From an uncultured virus (IMG/VR IMGVR_UViG_3300013132_000038) (Duplodnaviria; Heunggongvirae; Uroviricota; Caudoviricetes): a stretch of 64,000 nt of DNA. The stretch lies in IMG/VR virus record IMGVR_UViG_3300013132_000038; one strand, given 5' to 3'. This document shows positions 38,351-49,919 of this stretch, piece by piece; the stretch's first letter is position 1; each line of letters opens with the position of its first letter. The notes beneath the pieces are model-generated. The model made no database searches and was not told the origin of the DNA. It saw only the letters and a list, made by a program, of their open reading frames with translations. A program made the translations under genes and the position numbers.

Positions 38351-39998
38351 GTGGAGAAACGTTGCCTCCTATGGTAACAAGATCCAAAAATTAGAATTAC
38401 CAGAAAATGCTGGATTAATACAAGTTGTTGGCGAAAATGGAGTAGGTAAGTCTACCATATCGGACGTAATAACTTTTGGGCTATATGGGAAACTTGAGGG
38501 TAAAAAGTTAAAGGATATTCCAAATAGATCTAATAAAAACGCTTGGATGAAAATATCATTTGAGCAAGATGGTAAAAATTACGAAGTTGAAAGGGGGCTA
38601 GATCCTCCCCTTTTTCAATTATCAATCGATGGTAATATTTACGATCAGGCAGGAAAAAACAATGTACAGGATTATCTTACCGATGACATATTAAAGATTC
38701 CTTATTACGTTTTTAATAATACTATCTCTCTATCAATAAATGACTTTAAAAGCTTCTTAAAAATGAGCACTGCTGACAAGAAGCTTATAATAGACAAGAT
38801 ATTTGGATTCTACATTTTAAATGAGATGCGAGATATACTAAAGGAGGAAAGTAAAAGCATAAAATCCCAAATAGACCAGTTAACTGGGGAGATCTTTGCA
38901 ACGGGTAGATCTATATCTTCATCACAAAAAGAACTAGAGGAATTACAGCAAAAAATAATTGAAAACTCCGGTACAGAAATAGAGAAAACTCAAGAACAGT
39001 TGGAAAACTATAAATCCCTATTAGAACTACACACTGAAAAAATAAAATCATTTAGGACTAAAGAAAATCAAATAAACAAAGCCGTAACTGATTCGTATGA
39101 GAAATATAGTGATTTAGGTGCAAAGATCAAACAGTTAGACGCTAAGATAAATCTATATAATCAGGACAAGTGTCCTACATGTTCTTCAGATTTATCAACA
39201 GATTTTCATAAATCTATATTTGATGATCTTTGTAAGTTAAAAGAAAAATATCAGGACGATCTTAAGAAGTTAAAGGATAATTACGAGAATGCTAAAAAAT
39301 CACAGAACAAGATAGTAGAAACAAAGAACGATCTTTTCTCCAAGGGAAGTAAAATAGAAACTGGTATAAAAACCCTGCAAACTAAATTAAAAGATCTTAA
39401 AACTGCTAAAAACAATGACGAGGCTAATTCTATAAGGAAGCTTCTATCGCAGGCTAACGAGGATCTTACAACATTTAACCAGGAGAAAGCTTTGTTCGAG
39501 GAAAAACAGGGTTGGATAAAAACTTTAGATGAAGTGCTTAGCGAGAAAGGAGTAAAACAGTTAGCGATAAAATCTATACTTCCTTCCTTAAATAATGAGA
39601 TATTAAATACTCTTCTTTCTTTACACCTTCCATATAAGGTTGTTTTTAATGAGGAATTCAATGCTCAAATTTTCCATTTAGGCGAAGAAATATCCCCACA
39701 AACACTTTCCACTGGAGAAATGAAAAAAGTTGATTTTGCGGTACTTATAGCAGTAATAAAGCTAATGAAAATAAGGTTCTCTTCAGTGAATATTCTTTTT
39801 TTGGACGAGATCTTTAGTTCGGTAGATCCTGATGGGGTTCACAGTATACTGAGCACATTAAGAAAACTTTCTGATGATCTTAGCATGAATATATTTGTAA
39901 TAAATCATGCACCAATGCCTACAGAGATATTCGATTATAAAATAGAAATATCCAAGAAGAATAGTTTCTCTGATATTGCTTTTGATAAATTGTCCTAG
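38331..39998 (+). CDS. recombination ATPase subunit (gp46/Rad50-like)
   Basis: GENGVGKST, CPTC zinc hook, LSTGE signature, LDEIF. Confidence 0.92.
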   Translation: MKIKKIEWRNVASYGNKIQKLELPENAGLIQVVGENGVGKSTISDVITFGLYGKLEGKKLKDIPNRSNKNAWMKISFEQDGKNYEVERGLDPPLFQLSIDGNIYDQAGKNNVQDYLTDDILKIPYYVFNNTISLSINDFKSFLKMSTADKKLIIDKIFGFYILNEMRDILKEESKSIKSQIDQLTGEIFATGRSISSSQKELEELQQKIIENSGTEIEKTQEQLENYKSLLELHTEKIKSFRTKENQINKAVTDSYEKYSDLGAKIKQLDAKINLYNQDKCPTCSSDLSTDFHKSIFDDLCKLKEKYQDDLKKLKDNYENAKKSQNKIVETKNDLFSKGSKIETGIKTLQTKLKDLKTAKNNDEANSIRKLLSQANEDLTTFNQEKALFEEKQGWIKTLDEVLSEKGVKQLAIKSILPSLNNEILNTLLSLHLPYKVVFNEEFNAQIFHLGEEISPQTLSTGEMKKVDFAVLIAVIKLMKIRFSSVNILFLDEIFSSVDPDGVHSILSTLRKLSDDLSMNIFVINHAPMPTEIFDYKIEISKKNSFSDIAFDKLS

Positions 39999-40443
39999 AT
40001 ATATAAAACATGGCAGAAATATATCCAGCAGGAACCGAATCTATAAGGAATCTCACTCCAACTTTTAACTACTTTCTAATTATTAAGGGGGATTCTTTAG
40101 TTGATGACATCCCTCAGAAAGAATATTTTGTATATAGATTCAAAGTGCCAGTCAATAAGAATGATGGTATTTCCCAATTGAGGAATTATTTTAAATCTAT
40201 TGATTTCTCTATAGTTTATGAATGTAGAGAGCTCGCTGACATTGAATATTCAACTGGAAATTTTTTTCATCCCGACTACAAAAATTCAGTAAGACAGCCA
40301 TTAAAATTTAAAATGAGAGAAATTCCTATCTATTTACAATCCCAAATAAGAGTTATAGATTTAGAAAAGGATCAATATCAATATGGAAGTAAGCCAATAA
40401 TAAGAGACAACACTTCAGTAATACTCGACAATAACTAGCAATA

Positions 40444-41280
40444 ATGAATTTTTTAGAAAAATATAATACAGACGATGTTTTTTTTAGGGGGGTAATTATA
40501 GGACTTCTAAGTAAACTCAATGAGGTTATAACATACGAGCAAGTAGACAGTGACCAGACAGTTTCTAAAGTCTACATACCCTTCTTTTATTCTATGGTAG
40601 GTGATGAGCCATTCCTACAGGACTTCTATCTTTCTTATGAAGACTGTGACGGTAAACCTGCTTTTGCAGAAGGAAATTATGATGTAATACCAAGGGGTAT
40701 AATAGAAATAGGAACAACAAGGATAGACACAGGTTCTGCTACTACTAAATTCGTTAGGGGTTCTTATGCTAAAGAAATAGAAAAGGAGAATGGTAGCGAG
40801 ATGGTTACATATTCGTCATACTTTTATCCGATTCCTTTGGGTATATCTATTAACGCAAAAATAAAAGCTGACACAACATTAGATGCTTTTAAAATACAGC
40901 AAAGCGTGCTTGAGATACTCTATAAAAGGTTCGTTTATTATTTCTATTATAAAGGATTTAGAATACCTGTACAGGTGAGTTTAGGAGATGCACCTCCGGA
41001 TAAACAGCCTAATAATTTCCAAATGTCATATGGATCACAAAGGGGTGAAGCAATAACTCTTGGTTTTTCCATGGAGTTGGAAACATATTTACCCGATATA
41101 GATCAAACTACGGAAAGATTCAGAGGTAATTTAATGCAAGGTGGTATAAAGCTTAATGTCGAATTAGGAACAGCTCCTCCAGATAATAGCACAATAATAT
41201 CGGGATTGGGAATATATGATATCAAAAAAGATATTACAGGTGCAACCGGTGCAACCGGTGAAGGTCCATCAAATCCTTAA
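40444..41280 (+). CDS. tail terminator / sheath stabiliser-like protein (gp15-like)
   Basis: IPFFY, IPRG, P.P.....I pattern and position in the morphogenesis module. Confidence 0.5.
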   Translation: MNFLEKYNTDDVFFRGVIIGLLSKLNEVITYEQVDSDQTVSKVYIPFFYSMVGDEPFLQDFYLSYEDCDGKPAFAEGNYDVIPRGIIEIGTTRIDTGSATTKFVRGSYAKEIEKENGSEMVTYSSYFYPIPLGISINAKIKADTTLDAFKIQQSVLEILYKRFVYYFYYKGFRIPVQVSLGDAPPDKQPNNFQMSYGSQRGEAITLGFSMELETYLPDIDQTTERFRGNLMQGGIKLNVELGTAPPDNSTIISGLGIYDIKKDITGATGATGEGPSNP

Positions 41281-41621
41281 GAATTTAAAGGTTGATCCTC
41301 AGTTACCTCTTCAGTTTTTGTCTCTTCAACTTCCACTTCACTAACCCTGGAATCTTTAGATTTTCTGTAACCTAATAGAGCAGTACCGATAGATACGAAA
41401 ATGATTGACTGTGTGAGTATATCTACACTTTTATCTAAAAACATTTTATCGATACATCCGAGTAAAAAGCATACCCCTCCTATAAAAACAATATATAATC
41501 CTGCGGTTCCACTTCCCGAGGTTTTTCCGTCCGAGTTAGAAGTAAGTTGTGCAAAACTAAACTTCTCCATAGTAGCTCTAAATTTTTTCATATATTTTTT
41601 ACTGATATATATTAAAAACAT
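41277..41621 (-). CDS. small two-TM membrane protein (holin-like)
   Basis: GKTSGS followed by two hydrophobic helices and a charged tail. Confidence 0.4.
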   Translation of the reverse strand: MFLIYISKKYMKKFRATMEKFSFAQLTSNSDGKTSGSGTAGLYIVFIGGVCFLLGCIDKMFLDKSVDILTQSIIFVSIGTALLGYRKSKDSRVSEVEVEETKTEEVTEDQPLNS

Positions 41622-41630
41622 TGTTCTAAA

Positions 41631-43820
41631 ATGTCAGACATCCCAATAGATTTTTCTGCAATAGGTAATTATAGAATTATATCCTGGTCAGAACCATTCA
41701 AAAACGTAGAAGCTTTTAATGGGTGGGTAATAGACACGAGCGGAGAAAACCCCCCACACATATACCTTTATCTAGAGTATAGGTGGAGTATAAATGGTTC
41801 AAATTGGTCATTGTGGGCTCCTTTAACACAACAATCTATTGGCGATATACCTATCTCATCAGATAATCCATTTTGGATAGAAATAAGATTAACTGCTTCT
41901 TCAGATGAGGATTCAAGCCCTTACTATCCACCTGGAACAACATTGAGCCCCCCAATAGTTTTATTGGATTTTGAATTAGATCTACAATATAAAACAGTCG
42001 ATCCTAGAGATTTAATGACCAATCCACCTGCTCCTTTATGTAGTAGGGAACTGACTAACTATCCAATAGTTTTTTCTGATTGTGATTTCACTTTTAGACC
42101 TTATGATATCAATAGGTCTATAAATATGTACCAGGACCTAAGTAAAATAGTAAATAATGTATTTGGGCACGAGGTTGTTTATTACTCGGTACAGCCACAA
42201 GGAAGGGGAAGGGATGTAGTTCTTAAGGAATATAACTTATTTAATGTAGTAGACGAAAAATGTGTTAAAGTCATGGTTCCCAACAACCAATTCCCGGATG
42301 CAGCTCTCACCTTCGATTCATGGGGATTGAATTTTAATCAACCTTTTGAAATACACATAGACCGAAAATATTTTGAGGGTATATTTGGAAAGGGATCGCA
42401 GCCAAGAAAAAGAGACATTATTTATTTTCCATTAACTAATAGGATCTATCAGATAGATTCGATGTATGTTTTTAGGGATATAAATAATTATCCGGTTTAT
42501 TTCAAGATTCAGCTTACTAAATATGAGGTTAAAAAGAACACTACATTTATTGATCCCCAGGCAGAATCTGCTTTATTAGATTATACAGTTAACACTAAAG
42601 ATTTATTTGGCGAGGAGGTTAAGAATGAAGAAGTAGAACTAACAAAACCTCAGCAGTACGCCATAACATCGCAAAGAAGATTAGAGGATCCAATAAGATC
42701 TTACATAAACAAGGATCTTCCTATAATAGAATATGATCTTAATAATAACTGGACTATAGTATTTAATAATTACTATGATCTTGATAGGATTTTTATCGAT
42801 GCTCAGGCTCAGGTTGATCCATCTTCTCCTTCTTTGCTTGTTATAGAAAGAGACGCAGTAAGATGGAAGGCTAATCCTATTTTAACTGCAAATGAAGAGA
42901 GATCATTTCTATGTTGGTTTAGAATAAGAAATTATTTAGATCGTAGTAAATTAGTTCCCAAGCCTGCTCCTAAAGTTCCAATTAGTATAGATAACATAGG
43001 AACTGGGCAAATAACATACACTACGTATCCTATTCCACACAAATTAAGCATGGGAGAAAATCCAAATGGATTTGTATCAATTTTAGCTGATGGCGTTAGG
43101 TCCGGTGGATTTGAGCTTTTATCTGTGGACGATCAATTCAGGTTTACAATCAAGGACGAAGGAGCAGCAGCACCAGTAACAACCGCTGGTTGGAAGATGC
43201 AAAAAGCGCAGGCTAGAACTCTTTTTGATGGCTATTATAACGGACAAGGAATTCTTATAGATATCATATGGAGCGGATCTAATCCTGTCACAAGCCCCTC
43301 AGAAAATAATTATATACAGGCCGGGAGTTTTAGATTTAGGATAAATAATCTAGAGGTATCTTCTCCTTTTGGTGCTGGCATATCAAGCACTATAGGTGAA
43401 TTTATTCCAACAACAGACGATTGGTATGGCTTTGTTTTTAATTTCTCAAATATATTTAGACAATATTCTATGAAAGTTTGGAGGCTTACATATGATCCAG
43501 ACAATCCAGCAACACAAACTTCTGACTTGAGCTTAGTTCATTCGTTAGATGGTGTTACCACGCAGTCTTATACATTTGACATACCGCCAGTAATAGAAGA
43601 AGACTATGACAGTCCTTTTTATGGAACAAACAACTATTCTTATAAAACTAGATCATGCCCTTTATGGGCAACCAATTATAGATTTTTTAAACAAATGGTA
43701 GAAGAGGAAAAACAGTCCACTATATTGAATCAAAATATAGTAGGCGATGCACAACTTGGTATTATAATAGATAATGCTAAGCCAGTATTAAAACTTCCAA
43801 AAGTTGCCAGAAACAGATAA
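41631..43820 (+). CDS. neck/head-closure-like structural protein (gp14-like central domain)
   Basis: FGHEVVYY, DVVLKEY, P.KRDIIYFPLTNRIYQI pattern; upstream of terminase. Confidence 0.5.
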   Translation: MSDIPIDFSAIGNYRIISWSEPFKNVEAFNGWVIDTSGENPPHIYLYLEYRWSINGSNWSLWAPLTQQSIGDIPISSDNPFWIEIRLTASSDEDSSPYYPPGTTLSPPIVLLDFELDLQYKTVDPRDLMTNPPAPLCSRELTNYPIVFSDCDFTFRPYDINRSINMYQDLSKIVNNVFGHEVVYYSVQPQGRGRDVVLKEYNLFNVVDEKCVKVMVPNNQFPDAALTFDSWGLNFNQPFEIHIDRKYFEGIFGKGSQPRKRDIIYFPLTNRIYQIDSMYVFRDINNYPVYFKIQLTKYEVKKNTTFIDPQAESALLDYTVNTKDLFGEEVKNEEVELTKPQQYAITSQRRLEDPIRSYINKDLPIIEYDLNNNWTIVFNNYYDLDRIFIDAQAQVDPSSPSLLVIERDAVRWKANPILTANEERSFLCWFRIRNYLDRSKLVPKPAPKVPISIDNIGTGQITYTTYPIPHKLSMGENPNGFVSILADGVRSGGFELLSVDDQFRFTIKDEGAAAPVTTAGWKMQKAQARTLFDGYYNGQGILIDIIWSGSNPVTSPSENNYIQAGSFRFRINNLEVSSPFGAGISSTIGEFIPTTDDWYGFVFNFSNIFRQYSMKVWRLTYDPDNPATQTSDLSLVHSLDGVTTQSYTFDIPPVIEEDYDSPFYGTNNYSYKTRSCPLWATNYRFFKQMVEEEKQSTILNQNIVGDAQLGIIIDNAKPVLKLPKVARNR

Positions 43821-43823
43821 TTT

Positions 43824-44594
43824 ATGCCAAGAAGAAAACCGAAAAAACCAAATTTATCCAAAGAACAAGAACTTAATCTTAAGGATAAATTAGACAGTAT
43901 TATACTAGCGGACGAAATGTTATCTGGATTGAGTACCCCGGATATACCCCCAATAAAAGCTCACAGAGAACTAAAAATAGACACAGTCAAAAGCGAGGTG
44001 GAAATGGAAGCCCGTGCAATACTGGAATCTCTTTCTAGATTTTATAACGATTTAGAAAATATTTCTGAGGACTCTTATATTAAACACAAGCAGAAAATAG
44101 ATGCAATGAGCATCTCCACTATGGCTTTTCAGATAAGAACCGCTCAGCATGCGATAGCTAAAATCATAGAAGAGATAGATTCTGGTAGAGTAGAGCCTAG
44201 ACTTTTTGAGGTTTTAGCACAGCTACAGAACCAGATAATGCAAATGCCTAAGAATTTTTCTTCCTATATGACACAAATGGAGAAAAACTACAAACAATTA
44301 AAAGCGGAGGAGGAGGAAATAAAAAGAGGAGGAGGTGATATACAGTTTGACGAGAATGGAAATATAATTCAATCTAAAGAAAACGAGGATCTTTTAAAAG
44401 CTAGAGGGACTAGAAGTCTTATGGAAAATCTCCAAAATGTTATGAAAAATGGCAACATAGTAAAAGATGCTGAGATAGTTAACCCGGATGATAGCTTAAT
44501 AAATCCTCGAACAAAATTTGGAGGAGCTTCAGATATATTAGGGGGAGGCGACGAAGATATAGATTTTGAACTCGATGACGATATATTCGATTAA
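43824..44594 (+). CDS. putative terminase small subunit
   Basis: Helical protein with PRLFEVLAQL, directly upstream of the large subunit. Confidence 0.5.
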   Translation: MPRRKPKKPNLSKEQELNLKDKLDSIILADEMLSGLSTPDIPPIKAHRELKIDTVKSEVEMEARAILESLSRFYNDLENISEDSYIKHKQKIDAMSISTMAFQIRTAQHAIAKIIEEIDSGRVEPRLFEVLAQLQNQIMQMPKNFSSYMTQMEKNYKQLKAEEEEIKRGGGDIQFDENGNIIQSKENEDLLKARGTRSLMENLQNVMKNGNIVKDAEIVNPDDSLINPRTKFGGASDILGGGDEDIDFELDDDIFD

Positions 44595-44596
44595 TT

Positions 44597-46402
44597 ATGA
44601 GTATTAAGGAAGAAAAATCCAGTAATTTCTGGTCCAGTGCAAAAGTAGAAAAATTAGTATACGACGCAGAAGAAAACGGAATAGATTACAAGGACGTAGA
44701 TAACCCATTTCACGAGAATGATCCTGAAATAAGGAAAGGTAATATTCTGTTTGAATATACTGAGTGGGAATTAGAGGAAATAAAAAAATGCGCAGAGGAT
44801 GTTGTTTATTTCGCTGACAATTACTGTCACGTAATGACTGATGAGGGCATTAGACAAATAACACTTAGAGATTATCAAATACAGATATTAAATCAGTATC
44901 AGCACCACCGAAAAAACGTTTTTGTTTCTCCTAGACAATCCGGTAAAACTATTACGTCTTCTATATTTCTACTGTGGTACCTACTCTTTAACTTTGAAAA
45001 AAATGCCATGATTATGGCTAACATTGGGGACACTGCAGCTGAATTGATGGACAAGATAAAGATTATTATGAAGGGCTTACCTTTCTTTTTAAAGCCCGGT
45101 CTGGTCGTTTATAACGTAATGACCATGAAGTTTGATAACGGATGTCGTATAATGGCTAAAACGACAACCAAAACATCGTCTATCGGTTATACAATTCATA
45201 TGTTATACATGGATGAGTTTGCACACATTAATCCTAACTTTATAAACCAATTCTTTAAATCAGTTTATCCTACTATATCATCATCCCAAATTGCAAGAGT
45301 TATTATAACATCCACCCCAAACGGAATGAACAAATTCTTTGAAATCTATAAAGGAGCAGTAGAGGGGGAAAACGAATTTAATCCAATTAGAGTAGAATGG
45401 TGGCAAGTACCAGGAAGAGATGAGGAATGGAAAAGAAAGGAAATTGCAGCTCTTGGATCAGAAGAAGATTTTAACCAAGAATATGGGTGTCAATTTCTTT
45501 CATCCTCAAGGCTTCTACTTGATTCCAACACATTAAAAAGATTAAAAAGCACAGAGGAGCAGTTTATTTTTCATGAATTATCGCCCTTTGAACAAAGTCC
45601 TATAGATTATTCCACCCTATTATGGCATCCTAAGTTTGATCCAGCATCGGTATTTGAAAAGGATGGACAAAAATTTTACATCTCAATAGATACCGCTAGC
45701 GGGGGTGGAGGAGATTATTCAGTAGCTAATATTTTCAAGGTTGCACCGATGCCAACCAGTGCTATAAAGAATAAAAGATTTTTCGAGGACGAAAGCGACT
45801 TCTTCTGTTTACTTCAGGTTGGTATTTTTAGATCTAATACTATAGAAATAGATGAGTTTAAGGCATTTTTAGAAATTCTTATTGTTGAGGTTCTAGGAGT
45901 TGACAATACAAGGATAGTTCTAGAGTTAGACCATAAAGGAGAAATGTTAATGGATAAACTATTAGATTCCGAAGAGTTCTTTGACGAAATGTTTGTTTAT
46001 ACTAAACACTCAGAAGCAAGCACTAAATTAAAGCCTGGTGTCAAGCTAACAGTAAAAAATAAAGAGAAATTTTGCTATGATCTAAAAATAAATACGAGAT
46101 CTTACAAAATAATACCGTCTAATAAGAACGGGATACACGAATTAGCAAACTTTGGAATAAATCCAAATGGAAGTTTTTCTAGCCAAATAGGAAAAGATGA
46201 TGAAGCCATGACGCTAGTTAATTTAAATTGTGTTTTTGATGTTGGGGATTTTCAAGAAACAGTAATGGACCTGTATGATATTATCCCAGAAAAGTTCAGA
46301 AAACTGATAGAAGAAAGGCTTTCCGAAAACTCAGAAGTTGCTCAAAATAAAACTAGTGATATATCAAACTATACTTTCTTAAACGGACTCCTTGATTCTT
46401 AG
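44597..46402 (+). CDS. terminase large subunit (gp17-like)
   Basis: LRDYQ, PRQSGKT, YMDEFA, TSTPNG, FNQEY, nuclease IDTASG..DYS, DD. Confidence 0.95.
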   Translation: MSIKEEKSSNFWSSAKVEKLVYDAEENGIDYKDVDNPFHENDPEIRKGNILFEYTEWELEEIKKCAEDVVYFADNYCHVMTDEGIRQITLRDYQIQILNQYQHHRKNVFVSPRQSGKTITSSIFLLWYLLFNFEKNAMIMANIGDTAAELMDKIKIIMKGLPFFLKPGLVVYNVMTMKFDNGCRIMAKTTTKTSSIGYTIHMLYMDEFAHINPNFINQFFKSVYPTISSSQIARVIITSTPNGMNKFFEIYKGAVEGENEFNPIRVEWWQVPGRDEEWKRKEIAALGSEEDFNQEYGCQFLSSSRLLLDSNTLKRLKSTEEQFIFHELSPFEQSPIDYSTLLWHPKFDPASVFEKDGQKFYISIDTASGGGGDYSVANIFKVAPMPTSAIKNKRFFEDESDFFCLLQVGIFRSNTIEIDEFKAFLEILIVEVLGVDNTRIVLELDHKGEMLMDKLLDSEEFFDEMFVYTKHSEASTKLKPGVKLTVKNKEKFCYDLKINTRSYKIIPSNKNGIHELANFGINPNGSFSSQIGKDDEAMTLVNLNCVFDVGDFQETVMDLYDIIPEKFRKLIEERLSENSEVAQNKTSDISNYTFLNGLLDS

Positions 46403-46472
46403 AGGAAGAATGATATATACATAGAAAAAGAAGTCAAAGGATAACTTCTTAGAATATAAATAAAAATTAAAA

Positions 46473-49400
46473 ATGGCAAAACAAGTCAAACTTGATTTAT
46501 CCCAATTTAAAGCATCTGGTGTTTACACTTTAGAATTCGATGCTAGCGAAAACATTATTATTAATCCTTCCACGATTAGATTGGTAGTAGGTTATTCTAG
46601 CGTTGGACCTTTTAATACACCAGTTTATTGCCCGGATATTACGACTTTCCAATCAGTATTTGGAGGAATAGAGAGAACGATGGAAAAGAAAGGATCTTTC
46701 TTTCACAGATCTTGCTTAGTGTGTCTACAAAGCGGACCTATATTTGCTCTCAACTTAAGACTTCTAAATAATACAGTAGACGAAAACGGGGATCCTGATT
46801 ATGCTGCAGGTGCAGATGTAGCTAGATATAGAGCTTTCTCTATGGATACGGAAGAACAAAACGGGGCTAATGCTACTGGTGGATATTCAGATCCTTTAAC
46901 AAAACAAGATAAATTGTTATCTTCGTATTACAATAAAGAGAAATTTTGGTTCCCTGACACAACTTATTTATTAGCTACAGAGGACACTTCGGGAGCTCAA
47001 CCAGACTCAAGAAAACTTTTTAGCATCGTTAATCTTGGACAAAATCCTGTAAGTATCATAGTAAGAAAGTCCTTAGATTCAAGATTTCCTTTAAGAGGGT
47101 TTGATATTACAGCTAGAGAGTATTTTGGACCAGACAATGTTCCTTCTTATATGAATCAATACGACTATCTTTCGGATTGGTTTATTGATGTGATAGCAAT
47201 AAGCGGAAATTGGACAGATTATCAAGCTCTTGCTAATGATCCAGTTTACAGCCAATATTTTACGTCTAAAGGGTTTATAAAATCTCAAATAGATAATTTC
47301 TTGGCTCTTGATGGTGTTAACATCGCATTGACAGTAACAGGTACTATAATTCCTAACTTTACTGACCAAAACGGTACTCTAAGATACATCCAAACATTAA
47401 TTAACAACCAGACACCAACAACAGGTATTTTCTGTGCAGTTAACGAAGAGGCTTTAGATGATCTAGTTGATAACTCCTCCGTGTTCGACTTAGTGGGTCA
47501 CCACTTAGTAGATGAAATAGGTCCAGATGCTGATATCACTTCAGTACCTAAGAATCTTAACTTCTTGTCATATAGCCAAAACCTATTTGCAGATTACACA
47601 TACTATAAAAATATAGATGGATCTACAGGAGGTACTGAGATAGAGGATAACCTTTCTCCATCCAATCCAGGAATGGATATATTACCGGAGACAGGAACTC
47701 TTCTTATAGATACCTTATACAACGCAACCGGAGATGCTGGTATACCAACAACACTTTGGGACACTTACAATCCAAGTGCTAGAGATGGAGGAGCTATTTA
47801 CATAGACACTATGTTTACCTCATCAACTTTCCATGATGATCAAGTAACAACACTAGATGAATTTGTTACCGTTTCAAATACGGCTCCTGCAGAAAGATGG
47901 GTATTAGGAAAGGTAACATCTAATTTACCTACTCCTGGATATTTAGGATTCTATGAAGGAGATTTGGTTAAATTAAGAATAGTGGAGGCAAAGAATATTA
48001 CTAATTCTACTCTTCCTGTTGGAGTAAGATCTCAGATAAGATTAAGATTAAAGCACCCTCTAGTAGGATCTACGGCTTCAACAACTTACGTTGAGCCTTA
48101 CGAAATAACAAATAAGAGTACGGCTGCTGCTTATCAAATAGGTAATCCAGATTACTTTGATAATGACGATGTTTACTTCTCTCCAGATATACCAGTAGGA
48201 ACAGATAGCTATTTAGCTTATGAAAACTCTGAAATGTACAGAGACTGGGTAAAAGGAAATATTGGAGACGGGGACGTTGATTGGAAGGATGACACAGGAT
48301 CACTACTTCAATATTTAAAATTTGAAGTTAATGTGGACAGAGACGGGTACAATATCCTAGTTTGTAGAGCGTATGCAGACGATACATTTACAACACCAGA
48401 GGTTATTTCAACTTGGGATACTACATACATTAGCTCACTTCCAGTCGGAACAAACCAAACTACAGGAGAAAGCTTTAACATAGTTTCAACTGCGGGTAAT
48501 ATAAGCGACTATGTCGATATTATTACACAGCTACAACCTAACGTTATTGAGTTATCTACTGCTGTTGCGACGTCTTCCGGTATAAAGGTAGGAGATCTAC
48601 TTGTATCTACGGATCTACAGACTTATGATAATCCTTTAACTGAAAATCTTCAGTCTAGATTAACAAGAGTATTAGAAGTAAAAACTGTAGCTTCTGCATC
48701 TTCTCCTGGGGTTTACACTGTACAGGTTAAAACTGAAAGACCTATCAAACTTTACCCTGGTGTAACAACAAGAGTTTGGAAATTTAAAAACATCCAAGAG
48801 TTTGTTAATTCATTTAACTTTACTTATCTTCCAGGTGCAGATATTAAAGCAGCTTCTATGCCTAATGGAACAGATACAAGAATGAACGACATCTTAGATG
48901 TTCTTACGGATACTAATCTTGCTAGAACATTAGCAGATACTGACGTAATTACATTCCGATACATTGTTGATACATTTGACGGAGGTATACAACCAAACTG
49001 TAAATATCAGCTTACTAGACTTGCTAAAAATAGACAAAAATGTTTAGCAATCTGTAATCTACCTTCTATGAAGAAGTTTTCTGAATCGATAGATCCTAGA
49101 TTTACTTCTGCACCAACTGCAACTGATCCTGCTCCACTTTTACAAGCTAGATATATTGCAGACGGAGGTAACTTAAGTCTTAATCCGTCATTTACTTTCT
49201 CTTTACCTGACGAGGATTTAGGAGCTAAATTCTCTGGATTCTTTGCACCGTTCTTAACAATTAGAGAAAATAACAAGAATCTAGACGTTCCTCCTTCAGC
49301 TTATGTTTCTAACAATTTCATACGTAAGTTTATTACAGGAGAACCTTATTCAATCGTAGCTGGTCTTAAGAGAGGTATTATCTCCGCTAGTAACTTAGTA

Positions 49401-49874
49401 GGATTAGAGTACGACTTCGATTTACAAGATAGAGAATTCTTAGAGCCATTCGGAGTTAACCCTATTATTCGTAAGAGAGGAGTTGGTATAGTTATCTATG
49501 GTAACCAAACAAGCTACCAAAGAACAAACTCCGCATTCAACAACTTACACGTAAGGGATTTATTAATTACTGTAGAGAGCGCAATCGAAGAAATACTTTC
49601 TAACTACGTATTTGATTTCAACGAAGATAATGTTAGACTTGAAATTAAAACATTAGTAGACAACTACTTAACTGGAGTAAGATCTGTTGGAGGTATCTAC
49701 AACTACTTAACTATTATGGACTCTTCTAATAACACTCCTGCAATAATCGATCAAAACATTGGTATTATCGATGTAATAATCGAACCTGCAAGAGGTATTC
49801 ATAAGTTCATTAATAGAATGACAGTTACTAGAACAGGAGGTATAGCTTCAGGAGGATTCATTCAATTTAGCTAA
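46473..49874 (+). CDS. tail sheath protein (gp18-like)
   Basis: GVYTLEFD, GPFNTP; C-terminal NPI, YGNQT, LHVRDLL, FDFN. Confidence 0.92.
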   Translation: MAKQVKLDLSQFKASGVYTLEFDASENIIINPSTIRLVVGYSSVGPFNTPVYCPDITTFQSVFGGIERTMEKKGSFFHRSCLVCLQSGPIFALNLRLLNNTVDENGDPDYAAGADVARYRAFSMDTEEQNGANATGGYSDPLTKQDKLLSSYYNKEKFWFPDTTYLLATEDTSGAQPDSRKLFSIVNLGQNPVSIIVRKSLDSRFPLRGFDITAREYFGPDNVPSYMNQYDYLSDWFIDVIAISGNWTDYQALANDPVYSQYFTSKGFIKSQIDNFLALDGVNIALTVTGTIIPNFTDQNGTLRYIQTLINNQTPTTGIFCAVNEEALDDLVDNSSVFDLVGHHLVDEIGPDADITSVPKNLNFLSYSQNLFADYTYYKNIDGSTGGTEIEDNLSPSNPGMDILPETGTLLIDTLYNATGDAGIPTTLWDTYNPSARDGGAIYIDTMFTSSTFHDDQVTTLDEFVTVSNTAPAERWVLGKVTSNLPTPGYLGFYEGDLVKLRIVEAKNITNSTLPVGVRSQIRLRLKHPLVGSTASTTYVEPYEITNKSTAAAYQIGNPDYFDNDDVYFSPDIPVGTDSYLAYENSEMYRDWVKGNIGDGDVDWKDDTGSLLQYLKFEVNVDRDGYNILVCRAYADDTFTTPEVISTWDTTYISSLPVGTNQTTGESFNIVSTAGNISDYVDIITQLQPNVIELSTAVATSSGIKVGDLLVSTDLQTYDNPLTENLQSRLTRVLEVKTVASASSPGVYTVQVKTERPIKLYPGVTTRVWKFKNIQEFVNSFNFTYLPGADIKAASMPNGTDTRMNDILDVLTDTNLARTLADTDVITFRYIVDTFDGGIQPNCKYQLTRLAKNRQKCLAICNLPSMKKFSESIDPRFTSAPTATDPAPLLQARYIADGGNLSLNPSFTFSLPDEDLGAKFSGFFAPFLTIRENNKNLDVPPSAYVSNNFIRKFITGEPYSIVAGLKRGIISASNLVGLEYDFDLQDREFLEPFGVNPIIRKRGVGIVIYGNQTSYQRTNSAFNNLHVRDLLITVESAIEEILSNYVFDFNEDNVRLEIKTLVDNYLTGVRSVGGIYNYLTIMDSSNNTPAIIDQNIGIIDVIIEPARGIHKFINRMTVTRTGGIASGGFIQFS

Positions 49875-49919
49875 TAAATTTGTAGAGAATTCTTGAATGT
49901 AAATATATAAAATAAAAAC